64,000 nucleotides of DNA from Lophium mytilinum (lineage: Eukaryota): the NCBI GenBank assembly GCA_010093605.1, contig MU004186.1, forward strand, positions 1,096,616 through 1,160,615, given 5' to 3'. This document shows, in pieces, positions 49,305-60,535 of this stretch. Made by a program: the position numbers and the translations under genes. Positions within the stretch are counted from its first letter, which is position 1. Every line of letters begins with the position of its first letter. The notes under the pieces were generated by a model. The model made no database searches. It saw nothing but the letters and a program-made list of their open reading frames with translations, and was not told where the DNA came from.

Positions 49305-50312
49305 ATGACCACCCCATATACCAAATACGCCGAGGTGCACGTCAACACCAAAGGCCCCGGAGATGCACGGCCAACCGCCGACCAGATCGTCCAAGATGAA
49401 GGGCTCGAAGGCAAACTCACTGGCAAAGTCGCCTTCATCACGGGCTGCTCCTCCGGCATAGGCATCGACACTGCCCGCGCGATGAAAGCCACCGGCGCCC
49501 GCGTCTTCGCCGCCGTCCGCGACGTCAAGAAGGGCGAGAAAGCGCTCGCAGACATCCTCGAGCCCGGCCGCTGCGAGCTCATCACCCTCGACCTCGACTC
49601 GCTCGACAGCGTGCGAAGCTGCGTCGCCGACTTCCTTTCCCGCAGCTCCACCCTCAACATCCTGATCAACAACGCCGGCATCATGGCTTGCCCTGAGAGC
49701 AAGACGGCGGATGGCTTCGAGCGCCAGATGGGCACGAACCATCTCGCGCATTTCCTGCTCTTCCAACTGTTGAAACCGACATTGCTGAAGTCGTCGACGC
49801 CGGAGTTCAACTCGCGCGTTGTGGCTGTCAGTTCTATCGCGCATCGGTACTCGGATATGAACTTCGACAACATTACTTTGAAGGGAGAGTACGAGGAACA
49901 CCGCAGCTACGGCCAATCTAAGCTCGCGAACATATGGATGGCTAACCGCATTGATCGCGTGTACGGCTCTCAAGGCTTGCATGCCAACTCGCTGAACCCG
50001 GGCGGCATCTGGACCGGGCTGCAGCAGCATATGCCGGCGGAGCAGCTCGCGGTGTGGAAGAGCACGCCGAGTATTGAGGTCTTCATTAAGAGTACGGCGC
50101 AGGGTGCTGCGACGACTGTGTGGGCGGCTGTGGCGAAATGTTGGGAAGGGAAAGGCGGGAAGTATCTGGATAATTGCCAGATTGCCGAGCCGGTGGTGGA
50201 GGGTTATTCAATGGAGGCGCCGGGGTATGAGAAGTGGGCATATGATGTAGAGAAAGAGGATAGATTGTGGAAGTGGAGTCTGGAGGTGCTTGGGTTGCCT
50301 GCTGATGCGTAG
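49305..50312 (+). CDS. Short-chain dehydrogenase/reductase (retinol-DH/WWOX-like)
   Basis: ITGCSSGIG, LINNAGIM, GFERQMGTNHLAHF, VSSIAH, catalytic YGQSK. TATA-like TATAAA at ~49186. Confidence 0.93.
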   Translation: MTTPYTKYAEVHVNTKGPGDARPTADQIVQDEGLEGKLTGKVAFITGCSSGIGIDTARAMKATGARVFAAVRDVKKGEKALADILEPGRCELITLDLDSLDSVRSCVADFLSRSSTLNILINNAGIMACPESKTADGFERQMGTNHLAHFLLFQLLKPTLLKSSTPEFNSRVVAVSSIAHRYSDMNFDNITLKGEYEEHRSYGQSKLANIWMANRIDRVYGSQGLHANSLNPGGIWTGLQQHMPAEQLAVWKSTPSIEVFIKSTAQGAATTVWAAVAKCWEGKGGKYLDNCQIAEPVVEGYSMEAPGYEKWAYDVEKEDRLWKWSLEVLGLPADA

Positions 50313-50853
50313 GCTGAAGATAGGGTGATAGATGATTAGAACCATTGCCGAGCGAGAGATTCTTGTGTAGAAAGAAAATTAAATTCTCTGATCTTGTTCA
50401 GATGTCTCACTTTCGACAGTCGTTTCAAGTGATGCTAACGAATCTAGAGGATTGACAGGTAACTCAATATAAATGGCGTCGACTCGAGAGAGAAGGGCCT
50501 GAGAGCTATTTCACTCGAATACATAGGCTGGGGAGATACGATCCAGGTTTTGTAATAACTTGAGAGTCATGGAAGTGGACGTAATTCCAATTCGAGATTC
50601 ACCTACACAGCAAGACGGCACTAGATCTAATGAAGACAAGCCGCCAATGCAATACCGTTTGACCGCAACGACGTCGACTCCAGGCTGCCAAATAAGGTCA
50701 ACAACTAAGATCTGGGAATTTAGCTGCCAGTTGGTTCACAACGCTCCGTGCTAGTGAGAGTCAATGAATCGCTGATCTGCCGGCTTTCTCACTAATATCA
50801 CTCCGTCCGACGGTGCTTGTAAGATACCCATCCAACGTCTAGCTATTGCAGCA

Positions 50854-51883
50854 ATGGCTTCCGCCTCTACAGTCAAAACACGTTTCCTCATCATATCAGA
50901 CACGCACAGCGACCAGCCCTTCAGGCAGCCAATGCCTAAGGCTGACGTGCTTCTCCACTGCGGCGACCTAACGATGATCGGGAAGCTGGATGAGTACCAG
51001 AGCACGCTAGACATGCTAAGAGATTGCGACGCAGAGCTCAAACTCGTAATCGCAGGTAATCATGACATTAGCCTCGATGAGGAGTACTATGGTCGGCGGG
51101 GCAAGTGGATGCATCGGCGTGGAGAATACGACGCCAACATGCCCGCATTAGCCAAAGCCATGTGGACAGGAGAGAAAGCTCAGAGGGCTGGCGTGACATA
51201 TCTTGAAGAAGGAACGAGAGAATTCACATTGACTTCGGGAGCCAGACTTCGGGTGAGCAGATGTCAACTCGCGTTTCTAGTTTCTTCTCCTTGATCGCAA
51301 CAAATGCTTACCTCCGTCACAGGTCTATGCGTCGCCATACCAACCAGAGTTCTGCGACTGGGCATTCCCGTATAACCGGCATGAAGATCGATTCAACACT
51401 GGCAAGCATGTGCATCCCGACGCCACTCGCATTGCGCAAAACCCCATTCCCGACTTCCCAGGTGTGGATGTTCTCATGACGCATGGCCCGCCGATGGGTA
51501 TCCTCGACAAGACGTCGCGCAATGAGCCCGTAGGTTGTGAGCACCTGTTACGTGCCGCCCGCCGCTGCAAACCTCGACTGCACTGCTTCGGTCACATTCA
51601 CGAAGCTTGGGGTGCAGAACGGGTTACCTGGAATCCCAACACAGATCTAGATGACGATTGGAAGAAGCACGTCGTTGCTGTCGCCCCCATGACAGTCGAT
51701 GAGGCCGAAATTGCTGAGAAGAAGGCCGCTTTCGTTGATGCTAGTAGCTCAAGTTTGCCTCTCGAGTTCGGTAAAGAGACCTTGATGGTCAATGCTAGCA
51801 TCATGAATCTGCGTTACAAACCGATGCAAGCGCCGTGGCTGGTAGACTTGGACCTAGAGCGCACTGTTCACGGAGTACAGTGA
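50854..51883 (+). CDS. Calcineurin-like metallophosphoesterase (MPPED-like)
   Basis: ISDTH, HCGDLT, IAGNHD, MTHGPP, HCFGHIHE, VNASI. Intron 51253-51322. Confidence 0.93.
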
Positions 51884-52727
51884 CGACGAGGAGTCGGCAG
51901 AGTTGTGTTGTCGGACTGAAGAAGAGCGATTACCAGAGCGGATCGCGATTCATCTCCAAGAATACCTTCATTTTAGATTAACTCACCCGAGGATGGTATA
52001 GCCTCACCTGCCACAGTTCTAGTTGCTCTGATACGATATCAGAGATTTCCCAACAATAGGTTTGACGGGTTTGGCGGCTCTCCGAACCACACTGGACTGT
52101 GTTGAGATGCCACTCTATGTTCAACGGAAGAAAATAGTCGGCTTGCAAATTCTATGGGGCTACGAGCTGGTTGGTCAACTTTGATGAATACCTCGGGTAC
52201 AGCATCGGATGAACCATGGCTAGATACCGTCTGCGAAGACGGATTCTCTACCCCACAGTTCTGCAGTGCGCCAAAACTATAAAAAGCATTCAAGACGCTC
52301 TAGTTGTTCCTGTCGTCTTATCATCGGACCTTCCCGTTCTCTACAGCCAGCCCCTCTTGTCGGCTAACCCGTCACATTCCCAATATACTTGCATTTGCGT
52401 CTTATCGAATACACTCCCATTACGGTATTATTGCAGACCCACAGATTTTAAAGCGCACCTATCTGAATTTATCATACACCTAAAGTCACTAGACTCTGAA
52501 CATGCGCCCGCTTTGGTACTCTCACGTTGCCCCTTATTCTAGAAGCCTCATCTATATTTTCTGAAGACTGGACGGGTTACTAACCACACTAGCCAAGCTG
52601 CCTTCTGATATAAGTTTTCTTGAAAGACGTCCATGACCCATAACCTCTTCTGAACTTTCAACAACGTACTCCTCAGTATCAAGAGCCTAAATCTTCAAAA
52701 CCACGAGCCCCCGACTCCTCACACACT

Positions 52728-53300
52728 ATGAAAGCCCCGCAGCATCTACTTCTTTCACTCGGGCTCGCCGCTGCCGTCAACGCGCTTCCTTCCTTTCATC
52801 ACAAACTGCTGGAGGACTTGCAGATTTTCAACTCCGAATGCCACGAAAGTGGTCTTATCAGCCAAAATATAGACGGGGCTATTGGTGCAGTACTCGCTGC
52901 ATGCGACAACTCATTCACGAGACCCTGCGACGGCGAATCCAGCAAAAACACAACCGACCATTGTTATAACCACAAAGGCTGCCTCGAATTCGACGATATA
53001 GTGATAGGAAATGGCACGAAGATGCATTGGCTACTATCCGTTGATTATCATGGACCCATTAGGGATGAGAACGTCACGCTTTCCAAGGCGAGCTGTATTG
53101 CAGGGCTCTCTCAGGTGGTATTAGGCAAGTGCAGAATGGGTGGAGCGGTCACGATGCTGGACCATAACAAGAAGTACTGGCAGTTCGCGTAGGCATTTCT
53201 CGATACTGCGACTGAAAGTCTTTCTGCTTACAATTCTCGCAGTGCCGATCCTGACTCGGGGAGTTGTCCAGACGACGACGAGACTGTCAGGTTCGAGTAA
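52728..53300 (+). CDS. Small secreted 8-Cys protein, possibly glycan-binding protein Y3-like
   Basis: Signal peptide MKAPQHLLLSLGLAAAVNA. Intron 53189-53242 gives C-terminal SCIAGL..VVLGKCRMGG...WQFAADPDSGSC. Confidence 0.75.
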
Positions 53301-53412
53301 GTTCTCCAACGCGATGTTTGGCATAGAGAATGTATGAGCACAGCTGATAACTCTGAGTAGGAAGCTGCACCACTTTGACCTAGATGAGCTCCATATCGAT
53401 ACGTAGTCAGGC

Positions 53413-53508
53413 TCAATGGAATCACACTGCATGGCGTCAAGCTAGGCTCAGAGGGTAGAGAGTTTGTCAATTTAGTGATGGCACTCATAATTTGACACAG
53501 GGGGCTAC
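53413..53508 (+). repeat. Dispersed ~100-bp repeat, copy 2
   Basis: Collinear similarity to 5925-6029. Confidence 0.8.
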
Positions 53509-54407
53509 AGCAAAACTTCGTTATAGTGGTAAGGGTCGGTGACCAGGGGTATCATCACTAGAAAATATCATTCTACCTAATCTCACGTGTGTTGAACTTG
53601 TAGTCCAGTCTGTAGCCTAAACGTATCGTTGCAAACCTACAGACTTCGAAACGCACTTGTTTGCATTGGTCATACACCTATGGGCACTTTATATTCCGGG
53701 TCCCTGTCACACCTTCCCCGAAGCTGTCCTCGCACTTGGCCAGGAAACGCCGTACACCATCTGGACGACCCTCGGATACAGCAGGGATTGAGGAATAGGA
53801 CCTATCTCTCAAAAACCCGGCGACGTGGGGAGACCTCCCACCCGTTCCAGAGGACTTGGATAAGTCAGCGTCTCCTCCGGGAAAGTCTTTAGAAGAGTCT
53901 GCAGAAGAGTCGGTAGAACAAACTGCTGCTGTCGCTGCAACAGTCGAGTTGCGGTCGAGTCGTGATCGTGTCTAGTCATTACCAGGCGTCGTTGCGATCT
54001 CAGGCGGTGATCAGCCTTTGTGATCGAGGGCCTCTCTACTCTGGCTCTCCCTCTACGAACGGAAGAAGGCTCCTAGACGACACCACGGAGAGGCACAGAG
54101 TCGGGCTTCGTCGTCCTGGTTGATGGATACTCATCTGACGGGAAGTAACAAATGGTCTAGATGTTAATGAATGGTGATGGAGGCATTGAGCTCAATTGAT
54201 GCAGCGAGGAAGTGGGTTGAAGGGCACTCCTACGAGTTTCGAAAGCCTAGGCGTGATGCCATTCATCCACGTGATCGAAACTGAAATAAAGCTTTTTAAT
54301 GTTCATTCATCTCTTCATGTATTGCTGTTAAGTGAATTTGAAGCAACGTGCACCAGTGCTACTGAAATGAATATTCACCTTCGCGAGAACCCGGAATGCC
54401 TGCCGTT

Positions 54408-55459
54408 TTACCAGTCAATCGGTCGCTCATGTTGCCAAAAGAGGCCACTACGCCCGCCGATATCTTCCAGAGCAAGCATCACAGGCGTCTTTGCACCCTC
54501 GTCTGGCGTCTTAGCCCCTTTGCCCTTCGTCATATCCGTCTGGACCCATCCAGGACAGCATGAGTTGATTAGCACTTTGCTTCCTTTCGCCTTCTCAGCA
54601 GCAGCAACAGCTCTTGTCATACCAATGACCCCAGATTTAGAAACAGCATACTCAGCGCTAGGCCAACCTTGCTTCTTCTCATTGCCTGCTTCGACTGCTG
54701 ATGTGAATCTTTCCATCAGCTTTGTAACATCAGGTACCGTCTTCGAGGCTAGGAAGTCCTCTCGAACTGCGTCCGAAAATTGGCTGTTCAAGTGCCCAGA
54801 CATACTGCCAAGATTGACGAGGCGCCCAGTTTCCTTTAAACGCGGAAGGAAAGTATTCGAGGCCTCGAGAGTGCCATAATAATTGCATCCGAGGGTTGTT
54901 TTGACAACGTTAGCGTCTAAAGCGTGAGAGGTTAGCAAGCTATCTGAACCACGTACCCCAATGTGAAAGAGCAGAGGCAAGCACGCACCGAATCCCTGCA
55001 TCGCTATTCCGGCGTTGTTGATAATGAAGTCAACGCCATCCCCATGCGTATTCTGCAGATACTCTGCGAAGCTCGCGATACTCTTGGAGTCGGCAATGTC
55101 AAGGGTATGATACTTGATCTCTGCTAGTCCCCCGTCGCTAGTAAGAGCCTTTGCCTTCGTGAGCTGACTATCTTGCTGCAAGGATCGCAAAGCTTCCTCT
55201 CCCTTCGTATTATCTCGCGCCGTGAGGTATATCAAGAGCGGCCCATTGTTCAGAGGCGACTTTGGGTATTGTAGAGCAAGATTGCGAACTATGGCCGGTT
55301 AAACACGCAGAGATCCCATTGCGCACTTTAGTATAGTACCTATCGCGAGGCCGATGCCCTGCAGGGGTAGATTTGTAAGTAATTGTTGCGTAAGGGTCAG
55401 ATCCATGCCTTGCGTACCTTGTTCGCTCCGGTCACGACGCCGACCCGAGTATACGACAT
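54408..55459 (-). CDS. Carbonyl reductase (CBR1-like SDR)
   Basis: Spliced MSYTRVGVVTGANK-GIGLAI-VRNLALQYP..IYLTARD, IINNAGI, catalytic YAVSK, INSCCPGWVQTDMT..KTPDEGAKTPV. Confidence 0.92.
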
Positions 55460-55638
55460 GGTTCACTGTAGAGAGATGCGTTGATTGTCTGGGAGAAGAA
55501 ACGACATCTTCAACCCGGAGTTCACCAATCGAGGTACGAAGCTATCTATGATGAGTCATCAAGGTAAGGATGCCGACGTCGTCATGGATTGCCAAGCGGG
55601 CCCGAGCGTAACCTCATTGATCACGTCGTTTCGTTCCA

Positions 55639-55817
55639 TCACTTCTTATCTTCTCCACTCGACAGCAGTCGCACCCAGCCCTTACGCGTCTACGACTATT
55701 CTGGGTATGGTCAGCGAGAGTCAGCGTCGGTAGCTGCTGCGAGTGAGACGCTGATGCTGAGGGGAAGCCATGTTAAACTTCGTTGAATCCGCTGGATGTG
55801 ATCTGGGGAGGCCAAGG
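55639..55817 (-). pseudogene. Truncated duplicate of the Zn2Cys6-coding segment at ~55959-56140
   Basis: Direct repeat offset by 323 bp. Translates GFNEV*HGFPSASASHSQQLPTL...RRRVRAGCDCCRVEKIRSD, with an in-frame stop and loss of the later cysteines. Confidence 0.8.
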
Positions 55818-55879
55818 TAAGCCAGCGATAGTCCGTAGCTACCCCCAGAACAGTCCGAGTTCTAGTTTGGTTGTGCAAA

Positions 55880-57193
55880 TTAGGAATCGTAGGAGTCACG
55901 TCCCAAGTAGCTACATGCCCGAGATCTCTTGATGCAGGAACTGCAAGACGGTTTGGCCGCATCACACTTGATTTTCTTCACTCGACAGCAGTCACATCCA
56001 GTCCTTACACGTTTACGCCTATTATGGGTTTGGTCAACGAAAGTCAGCGTCGGTAGCTGCTGGGAGTGAGACGCTGATGCCGAGGGGAAGCCATGCTGAA
56101 CTTCGTCGAATCCTCTGGATGCATTCTGGAGAAGCCAAGGCGAACTGTCCTGGCGAAGCGTGACCGGAACAGGGAATGCTGGCTCGTTATCTGTGGATTC
56201 GTCTCGCGTAACGGTAGAATATGTGTTTCGTGGTCGCTTCTGGGGGGTAGAATTATCTTCCAGTCCTGCTTCGGCTGTTCCCGCAGGATTTGCTCTTCGT
56301 TTTGGAGTAGGTGCAGATTGTGAAACGGGCGCCAGAGGCAGGTTCTCCAGAGCAGGCAACGCTGAATCCGAGCATACGGTGCTAGAGGTCGGCAATGTTA
56401 GCGATTGAGGTCTTCCTAAACGGTGCTGGCTTCGATGCCGAAACTAATCTCTGCACATACTCAAATGAAACCACACTAGTGGGACGTTGAATGCTTTGCT
56501 CTTGCGTGGCATAAGCTCCGTGAATGGGATTATGCCGGTACACAACGTTGATGCAATCTTTCTTCAGAGAAAACGTGATACAAATGGAGCCGCCACAATC
56601 AAAAGTAGCCTTGTGCTTATCAGGCTTCCTCTCTATTGGAAGAGCAGATGACCCTGTTGGTCACAGTTAGTTGGAGCCACAGCCTCTCTAAGATCTGTTT
56701 TGTACCCTGAGATCGAGACGCGCCATTTGCAACACGATCTCGATTCTGAAGCGAGTCTGCGCAAACGAATTTAAAGCGAGTGCCATCTTCGATGTTGTTG
56801 CTGGCCTGGCGTTCTGTATATTTGAACCCGTCCACCTTCTGGAAGACCTCGATGATGGATTTAGCCACAACTCTCTGGTGTTTAACTTTAGGTTTGGGCT
56901 CTGCTGTGCGATATAATGCTTCTTCTAGGCTGATGGCGGTTTTCGGATTTCCGTTGGGGACCAATGAAGCATGCTTATACCCGGCCGTTCCGTTATGAGC
57001 TGAAGTTGCAGATAGCTGAATCATGGAGTCGCTGTAGAAGATGAACTGGGCGCTATCTGTCTCTGGTATGATACTTTGAGCAGTGCTCTGGAGTTCATTT
57101 TGAAAGTGGAATGCCAGATTCTCCAGGTTCTGAACACGATAAGTCGTGTCCGGCTTTGGCTTTCTTGGCCGTTTGACTTTGACACTGTCCATA
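55880..57193 (-). CDS. Zn2Cys6 protein with C-terminal cluster and an N-terminal C-C-H-H domain
   Basis: Three exons. N-terminal FKFVCADSLQNRDR...FDCGGSICITF...VVYRHNPIH; C-terminal GCDCCRVKKIKCDAAKPSCSSCIKRSRACSY. Confidence 0.78.
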
Positions 57194-58666
57194 TTAGGCC
57201 CGTTCAAGGTGTTCTGTTGCTGGCAAATGGTTCAGTCCGCCCTCCATCTCGTGGTCTGATGAAGTGAGGCTCAAAACGATGGGATCTGGGCAAACGTTTG
57301 GGAGGGAAAACGTTGTTCCAGATCCTCCTCGATGCAAGGGGCTTAGCGGCTCTTACAAATGTCGTGTGTATATTTAAAACGCGTTCTTTATTCTATGCCG
57401 AGCAAATGCCAGTTAATTGTCTCTCAAGAAAAGCCCGATAGCTTTCTCCACTGGGTCGATGAAAAGGCCGCAGATGTTCAGATATATTCTCCGCAGGCCA
57501 GACGCGCTGTCTGATGGACCACCGGCAGTGCTCTCGCGTTCCGCAACGTCCAATATATGCAGCAGTGGTTCGAGTTAGCAAACGCAGGGGGCTCACTCCT
57601 GCCCGCGGCAGAGCAGAAGGAGTCTTGCGCGGCCCTTGTTTTGAACCGTGAACATGCTACTATGTAGATGGGTGTTGAGCAGAGTCCCAGCACCACAAAT
57701 CACGAATTGCCGCTGGAGGCTGCAGCATCTCCAGCGGCAGTGGGCGGTTTCGAGGCCTGAATGAAGCCCTGAACGAAGCAAACCTCGATAGAATCGATCG
57801 CGGGAGGTGCTTATGGAGGAGTTTATGACTGCCTCTGTCCCAAATGAGCGGACTGCAGTTTAACGGCACCCCTCGTCCCCTCCGCACCTTGACGTCCATG
57901 TTGTAACTTGCGCCGCCGCTGCTTTATCCCTAGGTATTGTTTGTTCTACCTAGGAGTCAGGCCTGTCCATAGACGCAGCTTTCGACTAACCACAGCGCCG
58001 CTCCTCGGACATTTATTCAGTGCAGCGCAATCACGAAATTGACCCCCACAGCACTGCATCAGCTCTCTCGAACCCAGGCCAGGCCCCAGATCCAGCCGCT
58101 ACTGGGTAGGCGACATCCTCCGCGCCTTTGCCGACCTCACTCATCTGCGCCCCGTCCGACTGCCTCCCTTTGATAGTGCTTCCATTCCACGCTGCCAGCC
58201 AGACTCTTCTGTGTTCTTCAGCTCCGGCGCCGCGCCGCCTTTGCTCCATTGTCCTCTCTTTCGCCTCTTGCCTCCCGCTTTGAAAGCCCCAGCACTCCCC
58301 GACGTTTCGAGTTTCAAGAACAGGCCGGTCCGCGTTGCACGCGCCTCAACTGGTCCCCACAAGCTATCGCGGTACGCTGAACATTTCGCACGGCCCGTGG
58401 AGCTACTGTGGTGAATACTGACATGTTTCTTCGCCAGGCTTCGCTCTCCTTCACTCCCGCACTCCCGTTTCGAGACCTCACCTCCAGCGGCCGCCCTCCC
58501 CCACTCCTTCTCACCTAGCTCCCGCCGGAGTTTGCTATTGCGGCCTCGATCTTGCCACCGACGACAGCATTCTTATCGGCCTCTGCATCCTTCACATCGG
58601 CTTTGGTAGTTGCCGCTCACGTTAATTGCAGCATCGGATAACAGAACCCCCGCTTCACCAGTCACC

Positions 58667-59528
<862 letters not shown>

Positions 59529-60535
59529 TCATGGGCTAGACGTGAGGTCACACAGGAGCAATACGTCTCCATGGCAAGCCATCATCCTTGTTTTTCTTGC
59601 CAAGCATTTCATCTGGCACGGCGTGGTTTCTTGGGGGATACCTTATCGTGAACACCTGGCGCTTTGTGGGTAGCGGTGTTTTTTTCCGAGTCGTGGTCAT
59701 TTTGCCTTTGAGTTTCTTTTCAATTCAGGGCTTTTCCAAATCAGGTGTTAAGAAAGAAGTGCTGATACCCATCTTCGACCATGGGGCTGTGATGTTTGTA
59801 AGGAAGCAGCTGACTATCTTCACAGCGTCTTCGATCTTAAATGACCAGAAAACATGTTCTCAGGACACAACGAGTATGGCATCCTCGCCCAATTGGCTGG
59901 AAAGTGGGCGGAGCAGGTGTGGTAGAGAGTCGTAGGTAGACAAGAGCTTCAGATGAGATTTATACTTCTTGAACCAAGTCATGGTAATCCAAAGGTGATC
60001 TCTCATTGTGTTGGTGTCTCGCCGTGTCCTCTCGCTTCATGAGTGATAGTACCGGTCTCCTCTGAGATCGTATCAACATCTTCACGTCAGAACGCTTTCA
60101 AAGGTGCCCATCTCGTTCCATGAACAGTAAGGGGGGGTAAACAGATCGAGTCCGTGTGCTTCAAGGCGCGCGTGTAGCTTCGTCGCGCCCGGACGCGTTG
60201 GGTCTCAATCACACATCCACACCTTCACCAGGCATATGAGCCGTAAATCACTTCACCAGCCGCTGGCTGCCTGCGGGGCGCGCACCTTCCATAAACCATT
60301 GTCCTCGCTAAGCTGCTATTGTGTGGTGAGCCGCTTTCTCGCGTTCCTATTGTGTTTATTTTGCTGCCTACGGCTGATAGTTATTCAGTCGCCGACGCTA
60401 TAACTTTTGCTTCCAGCCGTCAAAACCTCACGATCACAACAACACCACGCCTCGCCAGCGTCTCGACTTGCCGTGCCGGCCACATCTTGAACTAACAAGA
60501 GCACATCGCTAATTCAACCAAGATCCACAGACAAG

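Noticed and set aside
49239..50030. Long antisense ORFs over the SDR (similarly over OYE and the 14.1-14.9 kb gene)
   Set aside because: Shadow ORFs from GC-rich codon usage on the coding strand.
53690..53790. Gag-like peptide RRFLAKCEDSF on the - strand
   Set aside because: Too short, and no other retroelement features nearby.
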